Positions 9,117 to 19,190 of a DNA stretch of 64,000 nucleotides are shown here, one piece after another (within the stretch, counting starts at the first letter, position 1; every line of letters starts with the position of its first letter). The DNA lies in NCBI GenBank assembly GCA_947589495.1, contig CANQAK010000001.1:13017-77016 (forward strand), written 5' to 3'. The stretch comes from an uncultured Bacilli bacterium (GTDB taxonomy: Bacteria > Bacillota_I > Bacilli_A > RF39 > UBA660). A model generated the notes under the pieces. It was given only the letters and a program-made list of their open reading frames with translations, was not told the origin of the DNA and searched no databases. A program made the translations under genes and the position numbers.

Positions 9117-10622
9117 TTATTTTTCTAATTTACAAGTATATCCTAATGTATTTTTAAAATAATCCATTAAACTACGATATGTTGCAATATTTTCTTCTCC
9201 ATATTGGGTTTTTATACTATCGTTATCTAACTTACTAGTTATAGTGATAATATTTGAAGTATCATCAAATGTTGCTTCTCCTGTTACATTATTAATTGTT
9301 AAATCACTATTTCCATCATATTCTTGTTTATAACTCATATATTTTGTAGAATCACTAAATGTAAATGTATGAATTTCAAAAGCTAACCCTCCATAAACAT
9401 TAGTCGCACTATCCGTATCAGAAATAGCAAATTTTTCACTAACTGTCATAGAAGCTCCAATATCACTAACATTTTGATCTTTAGAACTACAAAGTAAGTA
9501 ACCTTTAATTGGATTTTCAACAATTACTAAATTACCTTTAGCAGTAGCTTTCTTTCCGTTTGAATTAGTAACTTCAATGTCAACCTCATAACTACCTGCT
9601 TCTCCATTTATAATGTTATTAACAGATGCTGCATCTACAAATTCATATGTACTACTACTTTCAGAATCTTGAGCAAATTCACTTGCTTCAATATTTTCTC
9701 CTTTAGATTTATATACAGTTTTTAATGCTACTGTAACTTCTGTATTATCTATAACTGTAATTGTACCATCTTTATGAACTTCTCCACAAGTTACAGTATA
9801 TTTATATGTTCCAACTTTAGAAACATCTACTTCTAAAAAATTTGTATCACAATTTGTAATTGCAGTACCAGTAACTGTTGCATAATCACTAGTATTAGCA
9901 GATAAAGTATCTCCTAAACTAATTTCTATATCTTTAGTTTCAATAGTAATTTGAGAAGTAACATTATTTAAAATATTAGTATATCTTAATACATAAAATG
10001 TACCAAAACCAACACCCGCTAAAACTACTAAAACTATAATTATAAATGGTAGTTTACTTTTCTTTTTTTGAGGTGCTTTTTCTGGTTCTAAATTAATTGG
10101 AGGTGTTGTTCCAATTGTTCCTGGATTTTCAAACCCTGGCATAGTATTTGGTTGGGAAGGTGCCGGATTTGGATTATTAAATCCTGCAGATTGAATTGGT
10201 TGATTATTAGGGACTGGATTAGAATTAGGTATTATTGTTTGGGGATTAGTAAAAGCTGGACTTGGTTCTACAGAAGCTGGATTTACACCATTATTTTGAT
10301 TAACAAAGGTATCACTATTTGTACTCATTCCATTATTAATACCATTATTTAAAGATTCAACACCCGGGTTATTCATACCTTGTGGATTTGGATTGGGATT
10401 ATTTAATACATTTGGTTCAGGATTCACTCCTACATTTCCAACTGGATTAGAATTTGGCATTGAAGGATTAACTCCCCCTAATGTTTCTACTCCTAAAGTT
10501 TCTCCACCCATATTTGGATTCATTGGATTTTGATTAGGTATTTGTGTTGGATTTGGTGTAGTACTTCCTAAAACATTTCCATTATTAAAATTATTATTAG
10601 TATCATTATTCACATTAATCAT
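9117..10622 (-). CDS. Membrane-anchored protein with a ~185-aa N-terminal Asn/Pro/Gly-rich low-complexity region, one TM helix and a ~290-aa extracytoplasmic beta-rich domain
   Basis: Contains 'NPNPNPQGMNNPGVESLNNGINNG...'. The TM helix is 'LPFIIIVLVVLAGVGFGTFYVL'. Confidence 0.6.
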   Translation of the reverse strand: MINVNNDTNNNFNNGNVLGSTTPNPTQIPNQNPMNPNMGGETLGVETLGGVNPSMPNSNPVGNVGVNPEPNVLNNPNPNPQGMNNPGVESLNNGINNGMSTNSDTFVNQNNGVNPASVEPSPAFTNPQTIIPNSNPVPNNQPIQSAGFNNPNPAPSQPNTMPGFENPGTIGTTPPINLEPEKAPQKKKSKLPFIIIVLVVLAGVGFGTFYVLRYTNILNNVTSQITIETKDIEISLGDTLSANTSDYATVTGTAITNCDTNFLEVDVSKVGTYKYTVTCGEVHKDGTITVIDNTEVTVALKTVYKSKGENIEASEFAQDSESSSTYEFVDAASVNNIINGEAGSYEVDIEVTNSNGKKATAKGNLVIVENPIKGYLLCSSKDQNVSDIGASMTVSEKFAISDTDSATNVYGGLAFEIHTFTFSDSTKYMSYKQEYDGNSDLTINNVTGEATFDDTSNIITITSKLDNDSIKTQYGEENIATYRSLMDYFKNTLGYTCKLEK

Positions 10623-10652
10623 GCCCCTTTTACTACTATCTCAATTATATCG

Positions 10653-11975
10653 TTATTTAAAAAATTTTTCAACCAGTTTTTTAAATTCTTCTCCCCTTGT
10701 CTCAAATTTGTCAAATTGATCCCATGAAGCACTTCCTGGTGATAATAATACTGCTTCTCCATCTTGGGCATCTTTTTTTATATATTCCATTGCATTATCT
10801 AGTGTATAACACTTAATACATGAAATATTATTTTCTTTAGCAAAATCATAAACTCTATCTGTTACTTCTCCAATTGCATAAATACCACAAACTTTTTTTA
10901 ATTCACTTTTAATTTCATTAAAATCTTGTTTTCTTTCCATTCCACCAAGAATTAGTCTAGTTGGTTTATCCATAGTTTTAAGAGCAACTAAAGTAGATGT
11001 TGGATTAGTAGCTTTTGAATCATTATAAAAATCAATTTTAGTATTACTATCAACAATTTCTATACGATGTTCTACTCCATTAAAATTCTTTAAATAATTT
11101 TTTATAATCTCTATATCAAACGCAAAGTTTTTTAATACTAATAACGCTACTAAAATATTTTCATAATTATGTGTACCTTTTATTTTAATATCTTTAAGTT
11201 CAATAATTAATTTATTATCAATATAAATTCCTTTTTCATTATAATAATTTTCTTCATTATTAAAGTATATTTTTGTTGATTTAATATCTTGTGTTATTTC
11301 TAAACTATCTTTATTTTGTTTATTTATATACGCTAAATCTTCTTTAGTATGATGATTAAATATTTTCTTTTTAACATTTATGTAATTTTCATAATTTCCA
11401 TGAAAATCTAAATGAGTTGGACATAAATTAGTTAAAACACTTATATTTGTTTTAAATTCATCTAAATTATATAATTGATGATCAGATATTTCTAATAATA
11501 ATATATCTCCCTTTTTAACATCATTAACAATTTCACTTAAAGGATAACCAATATTTCCTCCTAATTTAACTGGTAAATTATGTAATTTTAATAAATCATT
11601 TATTAATGTCGTTGTAGTTGTTTTACCATTTGATCCAGTTACTCCAATAATAAAAACATCATCTTGTAAGTAATGATAAGCTACTTCCATTTCATTAACT
11701 ATTTTAATATTTAATTCTTGAGCTTTTTTAACACATGGTTGATTAGGTTCTATACCTGGATTTTTAATTAATAAATCAAAACTTTCATCAAGAAGTTCTT
11801 CTCCTGTTTCACTTAAAATAAATTTAATACCTAAACTTTCTAACTCATTAATAATTTTTTCATCTTGTTCTTTTTTATCTGTAACAATTATTTCATTTTT
11901 ACTAGCAAGTAATTTAGAAACATGATAACCACTTTTAGCAAGCCCTAAAACTAATATTTTCTTATCTTCTAACAT
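10653..11975 (-). CDS. murD: UDP-N-acetylmuramoylalanine--D-glutamate ligase
   Basis: Mur-ligase P-loop 'GVTGSNGKTTTTTLI' and MurD-like length and layout. Confidence 0.9.
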   Translation of the reverse strand: MLEDKKILVLGLAKSGYHVSKLLASKNEIIVTDKKEQDEKIINELESLGIKFILSETGEELLDESFDLLIKNPGIEPNQPCVKKAQELNIKIVNEMEVAYHYLQDDVFIIGVTGSNGKTTTTTLINDLLKLHNLPVKLGGNIGYPLSEIVNDVKKGDILLLEISDHQLYNLDEFKTNISVLTNLCPTHLDFHGNYENYINVKKKIFNHHTKEDLAYINKQNKDSLEITQDIKSTKIYFNNEENYYNEKGIYIDNKLIIELKDIKIKGTHNYENILVALLVLKNFAFDIEIIKNYLKNFNGVEHRIEIVDSNTKIDFYNDSKATNPTSTLVALKTMDKPTRLILGGMERKQDFNEIKSELKKVCGIYAIGEVTDRVYDFAKENNISCIKCYTLDNAMEYIKKDAQDGEAVLLSPGSASWDQFDKFETRGEEFKKLVEKFFK

Positions 11976-12092
11976 TTTCCCACTTCTTTCTAACTAATAC
12001 CTACTCTTTATTTATCCTTTTTATTCCTACCACTCTTTTTAATTATATAACTCAAAGTAAAAAAAACCAAGTGATTTATTTCACTTAAGTTT

Positions 12093-13571
12093 TTATAAAA
12101 CAATCGCTATTAAGTTATTACTTCCCTTATTAACAATTTTTGTAACAGTATTAGATAATTTATATCTTGTATTATCTGGCATCATATTAAGTTTAGCTTG
12201 AATACCTTCTTGTACAATTACTTCTAAACTTCTACCAAATATTTCACTTTTCCAAATACTTCCTGGATCAGTTTCATAATCTTTCATTAAATAATTTATT
12301 AATTCTTTACTTTGAACTTCACTACCTATTATTGGTTCAAATGTTGATTCAACATCTACTTTCATTAAATGAATACTTGACGCTAAAGCTTTTAGTTTAA
12401 CTCCATATCTTGAACCTTGTTTAACTATTTCTGGTGTTTCTAATTTCATATCTTTAAGAGTTGGATAAACTATACCATACCCCGTTGTTTTAGCTTGTTT
12501 CATTGCATTTCTAATAAGTTCAGTTTCTTCTTTACTTTCTTTATAAGTTGCAAATATCTTTAAAAGGCCTGCTTTAGTAGTGGCTGATTCTCCCATTAAA
12601 GATTTTAATGTTTCATTATATAATTCATTTGGACTTTCTAATGTTATTGTAATTGTTCCAGAAGCTGCATCTAGTTCACTAATATATGATTTAGATATAT
12701 AAGGACTATCTTCAAAATGACTAATTATATAATCAACATCTTTAATTTTTTCAACACTTATAACACTTTCTTTAATTTTATCTAAATAATGCATTTTAAT
12801 TTCATTATTATTAGGTAAAACATGAACCCATTCAGGCATATTAACTAAAATATCCATAACTGGAAATTCATATAATGCCTCTTTTAAAATACTCATGATT
12901 TCTTTTTCATTCATTGATTCAACATTAATTGGCATAACTGGTACATCATAAGCATCACTTAAAGATCGTGATAATTCTACTGTGTCTGTATTAGTTGGAT
13001 GAACTGTATTTAATATAACAATAAAAGGTTTACCAATTTCTTTAAGTTCACTAACTATTTTTTCTTCAGCTTCAATATAATTTTCTCTTTTAATCTCTCC
13101 AAAAGAACCATCAGATGTTACTACAATACCAATAGTAGAATGATCTTTAATTACTTTTTGAGTACCTACTTCTGCTGCTTCCACAAAGGGAATAGCATCT
13201 GGAAACCATGGAGTTTTAACCATTCTAGGATTTCCATCTTCATCTTCATAACCATTAGAACCTGGAATTACATAACCAACACAATCTACTAATTTAATAT
13301 TAGTTTCAAACTCTTCCACTTTAATAGTAGCCCCATTAGAAGGTACAAATTTTGGCTCAGTAGTCATAATGGTTTTTCCTTCAGCACTTTGAGGAATTTC
13401 ATCTAAACATTTCTTTTTATCAAAATCATCAGTAATATTTGGAACTACTAAGTTTTCAATTACCCTTTTAATAAATGTTGATTTTCCTGTACGAACAGCT
13501 CCAACTACTCCTAAATATATTTCACCATTTCCACGCTTTGCTATAGAAGATATTATTTTTTCTTTTTCCAT
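12093..13571 (-). CDS. spoIVA: Stage IV sporulation protein A (spore coat basement-layer ATPase)
   Basis: 492 aa. The N-terminus 'IYLGVVGAVRTGKSTFIKRVIENLVVPNI' is near-identical to the B. subtilis SpoIVA Walker A region. Confidence 0.9.
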   Translation of the reverse strand: MEKEKIISSIAKRGNGEIYLGVVGAVRTGKSTFIKRVIENLVVPNITDDFDKKKCLDEIPQSAEGKTIMTTEPKFVPSNGATIKVEEFETNIKLVDCVGYVIPGSNGYEDEDGNPRMVKTPWFPDAIPFVEAAEVGTQKVIKDHSTIGIVVTSDGSFGEIKRENYIEAEEKIVSELKEIGKPFIVILNTVHPTNTDTVELSRSLSDAYDVPVMPINVESMNEKEIMSILKEALYEFPVMDILVNMPEWVHVLPNNNEIKMHYLDKIKESVISVEKIKDVDYIISHFEDSPYISKSYISELDAASGTITITLESPNELYNETLKSLMGESATTKAGLLKIFATYKESKEETELIRNAMKQAKTTGYGIVYPTLKDMKLETPEIVKQGSRYGVKLKALASSIHLMKVDVESTFEPIIGSEVQSKELINYLMKDYETDPGSIWKSEIFGRSLEVIVQEGIQAKLNMMPDNTRYKLSNTVTKIVNKGSNNLIAIVL

Positions 13572-13623
13572 AACTTCTCTCCTTTTTCTACTTAATGCTA
13601 TGTGAAGTATTTAAACTTTATGC

Positions 13624-13656
13624 AAAAAAAGAACACAATCGCCTATAATTGTGTTC
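13624..13656 (-). terminator. Strong rho-independent terminator on the minus strand just upstream of the spoIVA promoter region
   Basis: Minus-strand sequence GAACACAATTATAGGCGATTGTGTTC followed by TTTTTTT. Confidence 0.75.
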
Positions 13657-13839
13657 CGTCCCAATTAAATCAATTATACTCGCAATTCTGCCAGTATCAT
13701 AATTTTTTTAGTTCTTGTGCCTAAATTACTAGGATACCCCAAGAACTCCAAGTATCCTAGGAAATATTATTTTTATAAAAGCCTTTTAGAAATTCTATAA
13801 TTTGTGTTATTTTTTAAATTTGTGTATTATTAATTAGTA

Positions 13840-14673
13840 TTAGTAGTATAATGCTACGCCACTCATTCCATCGTATTTTTGTGAAATACTATATGGATAT
13901 GTAAATACATTGCCTAATCCGCCTTCTAAAGTATAGTTTTGTGAATTAGCAAGTGAAACTTCTGCAACAGCATGTTGATATGATGCAAGTACTGTTGGAT
14001 GAGCAATAGTTGATGCAACATCAAAGTCAATTTCTGCTTGTAATGATGTAATATTATCATTAACAATATTCATTGAAATTCCAAATCCATTATCAAACTT
14101 TTTAATATTTGTTCCATTCCAAGCATAAGATACTCTTTTAATAGAACCACCCGTTGTATAAATTTGTGCTCCTTCTTGTGAACCTTCTCTATATTCTAAT
14201 CCTATTCCTCGAGAACCAATTACATCAAAAGAACGAGTTGCTGGAATAGACTTCCAAGTTGTAGTAACTGTAACAAAATTCCAATTTGTAGCACCAGCTA
14301 AAACCATATTTAATTTCTTAGCAGTTGTTTCAATAGATGTTCCGTCACTATTTAATATTGGACTTATTGAATGAAAATTTTCATATTCTTCTTCAGTAAT
14401 TTCTTTTTCTGTAGTTAATTTCAATGATGGATTATAAGTTGTTTCATAATATTTTGTTTCAGAAATAATATTGCTATAATCAATATTTGATAATTTTTCA
14501 TAATCTTTTTGAGTCATAGTCATTATATATTCATGTGTATGCATTTTTAAAAAATTATTATATTCTTCTTCGCTTAATTCAATACCAGTATCTGTTGTTA
14601 TTGCATGAGTAAATAATGGAAAAATAGCAAACATACTAATTAAAGCAATAATTGTTAACTTCACATTTTTCAA
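13840..14673 (-). CDS. Secreted hypothetical protein with a signal peptide
   Basis: N-terminal 'MKNVKLTIIALISMFAIFPLFTHA'. No recognisable domain. Confidence 0.55.
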   Translation of the reverse strand: MKNVKLTIIALISMFAIFPLFTHAITTDTGIELSEEEYNNFLKMHTHEYIMTMTQKDYEKLSNIDYSNIISETKYYETTYNPSLKLTTEKEITEEEYENFHSISPILNSDGTSIETTAKKLNMVLAGATNWNFVTVTTTWKSIPATRSFDVIGSRGIGLEYREGSQEGAQIYTTGGSIKRVSYAWNGTNIKKFDNGFGISMNIVNDNITSLQAEIDFDVASTIAHPTVLASYQHAVAEVSLANSQNYTLEGGLGNVFTYPYSISQKYDGMSGVALYY

Positions 14674-14769
14674 ACCCTTTTATCTCCTTTCCACCTTCAA
14701 TTTTAAATATTTTGTCGAAAAGACACAACCTATTTCTGCGAGAATTATAATTCTCGATTTACGAGATAT

Positions 14770-15897
14770 TCATTTTTTTAATAAATTTAATATATTCTTA
14801 TTAAGTAATTTCATAGCATCTTTATAACTATTACATTTACCTACTACACAATCAATTACTTTATTATTAGTTATATCATATTTATAATTTTCAATTTCAA
14901 CATTATTACTATCAAAAACTGAAACTTTTAATAAATTTTCATTTAAATAATAGATATATCTATAATCAAAATTATTACTTTCAGAACTAAAATTTATTCT
15001 ATTAGTATCAATTATATAATCCACCCTGTAATCATCTATTTCTTTTGATAAAATACCGTCAGATATATATTTAAATTTATTTTTCAATAAAATTTCTATT
15101 ATTTCATTTTGTGATAAATTTATTGTATTATTTGTTAATTCATTATTATCTTCTTTATAAATTATTTTATTATTAGAAAAATCTTTTGAAAATTTTAATT
15201 TACTTTTATATTTTTTTACATTATTCTTTGAATCAATAACAGAAATTTCAATATACAATTTATCAAAATATTTACTCAAATCATCTATTTTTATATAACT
15301 TTGATAATTTGAAAAATTAAAATTATTTAAACTTTCAGAACTAAAAATTATATTTTCTTTTTTGTTTTCTAAATAATAAACATCGACTGAAACCGTATCA
15401 GTATTTTTTATTTCAATGTTATTTAATTTTATATTTCCTAGATAAAAAGTATCCTTTATTTTTGTTTCAACATAGACACCATTCGTTGTTGAAATATCTT
15501 TACTTTCAAAAGTTATAGTATACACATTAAACTTATTATAAGATTGAGTAAAAATAATTATTGCAGCAAGTATAGTTATAATAATTATGGTGATGGTTAA
15601 AATTATTTTAATTCTCTTAATATTCTTCTTATTCATTTCCGTAAATTCTTTAATGATATCGTGCATTAACTCATCATCAGTATTATCATCTTCCATTCTT
15701 GCTGTTAGTAAATCATTGAAAGATACTTTAAAATATTTACTAATTCTGAATAACATTTCTAAGTTTGGAAAACTATTACCAGTTTCCCATCTTGATACTG
15801 CTTTATCACTTATACCTAAATTATCTGCTAATTCCTTTTGAGTTAAATTTTTCTTCTTTCTTAACGTTAAAATAATTTGACCTAGTTTGTTATCCAT
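14770..15897 (-). CDS. XRE-family HTH transcriptional regulator with a TM segment and a large Asn/Ile-rich extracytoplasmic domain
   Basis: N-terminal 'LRKKKNLTQKELADNLGISDKAVSRWETGNSFPNLEMLFRISKYFKVSFNDLL' (Cro/C1 HTH), then TM 'IKIILTITIIIITILAAIIIF'. Confidence 0.7.
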   Translation of the reverse strand: MDNKLGQIILTLRKKKNLTQKELADNLGISDKAVSRWETGNSFPNLEMLFRISKYFKVSFNDLLTARMEDDNTDDELMHDIIKEFTEMNKKNIKRIKIILTITIIIITILAAIIIFTQSYNKFNVYTITFESKDISTTNGVYVETKIKDTFYLGNIKLNNIEIKNTDTVSVDVYYLENKKENIIFSSESLNNFNFSNYQSYIKIDDLSKYFDKLYIEISVIDSKNNVKKYKSKLKFSKDFSNNKIIYKEDNNELTNNTINLSQNEIIEILLKNKFKYISDGILSKEIDDYRVDYIIDTNRINFSSESNNFDYRYIYYLNENLLKVSVFDSNNVEIENYKYDITNNKVIDCVVGKCNSYKDAMKLLNKNILNLLKK

Positions 15898-15944
15898 ATT
15901 ATCACCATGAATATTTTAACAAACTAAATATATAAAGAACAACC

Positions 15945-16595
15945 TTATTTTTCCCTTACTTTACATTTTTCTTTAAAAATACACGTTTGACATACCGGAT
16001 TTTTACTCTTACAATAATATCTTCCAAAAAGAACTAATTGATGATGTAAAAGACTCCATTTCTCTTTAGGAAATTTTTTCATTAATTTTTGTTCAACTGC
16101 CCATACATCGTCAGTTTCACTAGCAAGGCCTAATCTTTTAGCAACACGAAAAACATGAGTATCAACTGCAATTGCTGGTACTGAAAATAGATTAGATAAA
16201 ACTACATTAGCAGTTTTTCTACCCACTCCAGGTAAACTTTCTAAATATTCTCGATTATTTGGAACAACTCCATCATAATCAGTTATAAGTCTATTTGCTA
16301 TTTCCTTAATATATTGAGCTTTTCTTGTGTATGTTCCCACTGGTTTGATAATATTTTCTATTTCTTTTAAAGGCATTTCTTTTAAATCTTCTAAATTATA
16401 TTTAGTAAACAACACATGTGTTACTTCATTTACTCTTTTATCAGTTGTTTGAGCAGATAACACCGTGGCAATTAAAAGCTCATAATCTTTATTATATTCT
16501 AATTCACATTTAGCATTAGGTAATAATTTATCTAACGTTTCCATTACTTCTTTACTACTTATCATAATCTTCCAACCAATTATAATCAAAAACAT
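15945..16595 (-). CDS. nth: Endonuclease III (HhH-GPD, Fe-S)
   Basis: 'LPGVGRKTANVVL' HhH motif and a C-terminal Cys cluster 'CKSKNPVCQTC'. The true start is probably internal ('MISSKEV' or 'METLDKL'), because the ORF as drawn overlaps dnaD. Confidence 0.9.
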   Translation of the reverse strand: MFLIIIGWKIMISSKEVMETLDKLLPNAKCELEYNKDYELLIATVLSAQTTDKRVNEVTHVLFTKYNLEDLKEMPLKEIENIIKPVGTYTRKAQYIKEIANRLITDYDGVVPNNREYLESLPGVGRKTANVVLSNLFSVPAIAVDTHVFRVAKRLGLASETDDVWAVEQKLMKKFPKEKWSLLHHQLVLFGRYYCKSKNPVCQTCIFKEKCKVREK

Positions 16596-17193
16596 TAGTT
16601 TCTTCTAATTTTTTGCTTTCATATCTATTTTTATAATAATTTTCTACATCTTCTCTAGTATTAAATCCTTTTTTACTCCATTCATATAAAATCGTATCAA
16701 TATATCTTATATTAGTAGCACCATTATATACAGCTTCTTCTAACGCTTTAATAATTAAATCTTCATTATACATTTTTTCAAGCCAAGTTTTAATAATTTC
16801 AAATTCTGTTCCTGTTAAAGGTCTTCTAAATTCACTCTCAAATTTTGTAAAAATATCTTCTTTTATTTTACCTTTTTTTTCTTTTGATCTGGATTCTTGA
16901 ATATTTTGATAGAATCCCTCTAAAGATACTTTATCATATCTTTTTCCTGCTTCATTTTTTTCACTAATTAAACTAATCATTTGTTTACTAAGTAAACTAT
17001 TAAACGCATTCATAATCTCTTCTTTATCTACTTTTAATTTTTTACTAATAATATCTAAATCAAATGTTAAATCATCAGCATTTTCAAAGTAAAGTAATAA
17101 TAAAAATTCGCTTAAAGATAAATTTAGTTTACTAGCTTCTCTAATAAAATTGGCATCTACGACGAATTTTTTATTATTACTCATATTTAACAC
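16555..17193 (-). CDS. dnaD: DnaD-domain replication initiation / membrane attachment protein
   Basis: C-terminal DnaD/DDBH2-like 'FEIIKTWLEKMYNEDLIIKALEEAVYNGATNIRYIDTILYEWSKKGF'. The dnaD-nth adjacency is conserved in Bacillus. Confidence 0.7.
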   Translation of the reverse strand: MLNMSNNKKFVVDANFIREASKLNLSLSEFLLLLYFENADDLTFDLDIISKKLKVDKEEIMNAFNSLLSKQMISLISEKNEAGKRYDKVSLEGFYQNIQESRSKEKKGKIKEDIFTKFESEFRRPLTGTEFEIIKTWLEKMYNEDLIIKALEEAVYNGATNIRYIDTILYEWSKKGFNTREDVENYYKNRYESKKLEETNVFDYNWLEDYDK

Positions 17194-18305
17194 TCTTTTC
17201 TTTTTATAACATATTCTCTTAATATTTTATTATCATTTTTTAATTTTTCTTCCAATATTAAATTAATCATTTCATTTTTAATATCGCTTATTTTTTTAGA
17301 TGGCAAAATATCTAATAAATGAATAATTTCTTCATTAGTAATTGCTAAATCATTAGCGCTTTTAATAGGTAATTTTTCATACATTACATTAATATCTTTT
17401 TTATTAATATTTAAAATATCTGACGCTACTAAAGAATTATAAAGACCATGCTTATATAATACTTTGTTATCAATTATTCCTTTATTAATAATTTGTCTAA
17501 TACTTATTATATTTCTATTTTCTTGTTTTGTAAATGTATAACTTTGTGGAGTATTAAGTTGAGCCCACATACCACATATATCATTGACATAAACTACATC
17601 ATCATAAGAAATATTTAATAAATCTAATATTTTTAAATTTTTTAAAAGTTTTAAACCTTTTTGATAATTTTTATTTAATAAAATTTTAGTTAATTCACTT
17701 TTAATTCTAGTATTAGATAAAGTTTTTACTAATTGATAATTTTCTTTAATTTCTTTATATAAATTTTCTTCAATATCAAAATTAAGAACACTTGCAAAAC
17801 GAATTGCTCTAAGAATTCTCAAAGGATCTTCTTCTAAACGATTCTTAATATTTTTACTATCAACCATTCTAATTAAATGATTATTAATATCATCAATACC
17901 ATTAACTAAATCAATTATTTTTTCATTTTTATCCATACAAACAGCATTAATAGTAAAATCTCTTCTTAATACATCAATATTTAAATCATTAATATACATT
18001 ATTTCTGTAGGTCTTCTTAAATTATATTTTAATTCTTTACGGTAAGTTGTAATATCTATATTATAACCCTTTATTTGTAAGTTAAAACCACCATAATTAT
18101 TACTATTATTGTTATTTGGAAATAATTCATGTAAATCTTTAGGTAAAGCATTAGTACAAATATCTACATCAAATGTTTTAATACCTAATAAATAATCTCT
18201 TACAAAACCACCGACTAAAAAAGCTTCAAAGCCAGCATTTTCAATTGTACTTAAAATTCTTTTTAATATTTTATCCATAATGTTCCTCTCATTTATTTTT
18301 GACAA
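17187..18305 (-). CDS. cca: CCA tRNA nucleotidyltransferase
   Basis: PolyA-polymerase head domain 'GFEAFLVGGFVRDYLLGIKTFDVDI'. Confidence 0.85.
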   Translation of the reverse strand: MSKINERNIMDKILKRILSTIENAGFEAFLVGGFVRDYLLGIKTFDVDICTNALPKDLHELFPNNNNSNNYGGFNLQIKGYNIDITTYRKELKYNLRRPTEIMYINDLNIDVLRRDFTINAVCMDKNEKIIDLVNGIDDINNHLIRMVDSKNIKNRLEEDPLRILRAIRFASVLNFDIEENLYKEIKENYQLVKTLSNTRIKSELTKILLNKNYQKGLKLLKNLKILDLLNISYDDVVYVNDICGMWAQLNTPQSYTFTKQENRNIISIRQIINKGIIDNKVLYKHGLYNSLVASDILNINKKDINVMYEKLPIKSANDLAITNEEIIHLLDILPSKKISDIKNEMINLILEEKLKNDNKILREYVIKRKEC

Positions 18306-19111
18306 TATTCACAATAATAAGTACTTCTTCCTCCTACTTTTATTCTTTTAATTATATTACCACATACTAAACATGGTTTACCTTCTTTTTTATGCACTTT
18401 TAAATAATCTTGGTAATGCCCTGTTACCCCTAAACTAGATGTATAACTTCTTATAGTAGTTCCTCCCATTTCTATAGCTTTTAAAATAATTTCTTTAGAA
18501 GTTTTTATTATTCTCTTACATTCTAAATCATTTAATGAACTTGCCATTTTTAAGGGATTTATTTTTGATGCAAATAAAACTTCATCAGCATAAATATTAC
18601 CTAATCCACTAATTATTTCTTGATCTAATAAAGCTGTTTTAATTGGTACTTTTTTATTTTTAAATTTTTCAAGTAAATAACTACTAGTTAATTTATCACT
18701 TATTGGTTCAATACCTTGTTTTTTTATTTCTTCTGTATCCCATAACTCATCTTTTTTTACCAGTTTCATTTTACCAAATTTTCTAGTATCATGATATCTT
18801 AATTCCGTTTTATCTTCAAAAGTAAATATTATATGTTCATGTTTTTCTAAAACATCCCCTTCATTTTTAATAAAAAATTTACCTTCCATTCTTAAATGAC
18901 TTAATAAATAATAATCATTAAGTTCAAAAATTAACCATTTACCTACTCTTAAAATATCTTTAAATTCATTATTAATTAATATTTTTGAAAATGAATTTAA
19001 ATCACTTTCAATTATTTTACTATATCTTATTTTTACATCAACAATTTTCTTATTTAAAATTCTTTTTTTTAAACTATTTCTAACAGTTTCTACTTCTGCT
19101 ATTTCTGGCAT
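18293..19111 (-). CDS. mutM: Formamidopyrimidine-DNA glycosylase
   Basis: N-terminal 'MPEIAEVETV' (catalytic Pro2, Glu3) and a C-terminal zinc finger 'CLVCGNIIKRIKVGGRSTYYCEYCQ'. Confidence 0.9.
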   Translation of the reverse strand: MPEIAEVETVRNSLKKRILNKKIVDVKIRYSKIIESDLNSFSKILINNEFKDILRVGKWLIFELNDYYLLSHLRMEGKFFIKNEGDVLEKHEHIIFTFEDKTELRYHDTRKFGKMKLVKKDELWDTEEIKKQGIEPISDKLTSSYLLEKFKNKKVPIKTALLDQEIISGLGNIYADEVLFASKINPLKMASSLNDLECKRIIKTSKEIILKAIEMGGTTIRSYTSSLGVTGHYQDYLKVHKKEGKPCLVCGNIIKRIKVGGRSTYYCEYCQK

Positions 19112-19190
19112 ATTCTCACCCTTATATCAATTTTATCATGATTAATTATATGTTGCAAAATTTTTTAAATTAAAAAAAGGTTTTAAACCT

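Noticed and set aside
10152-10352. 66-aa + strand ORF
   Set aside because: It is antisense to the N/P-rich repeat region of the 501-aa gene and is a codon-repeat artefact.
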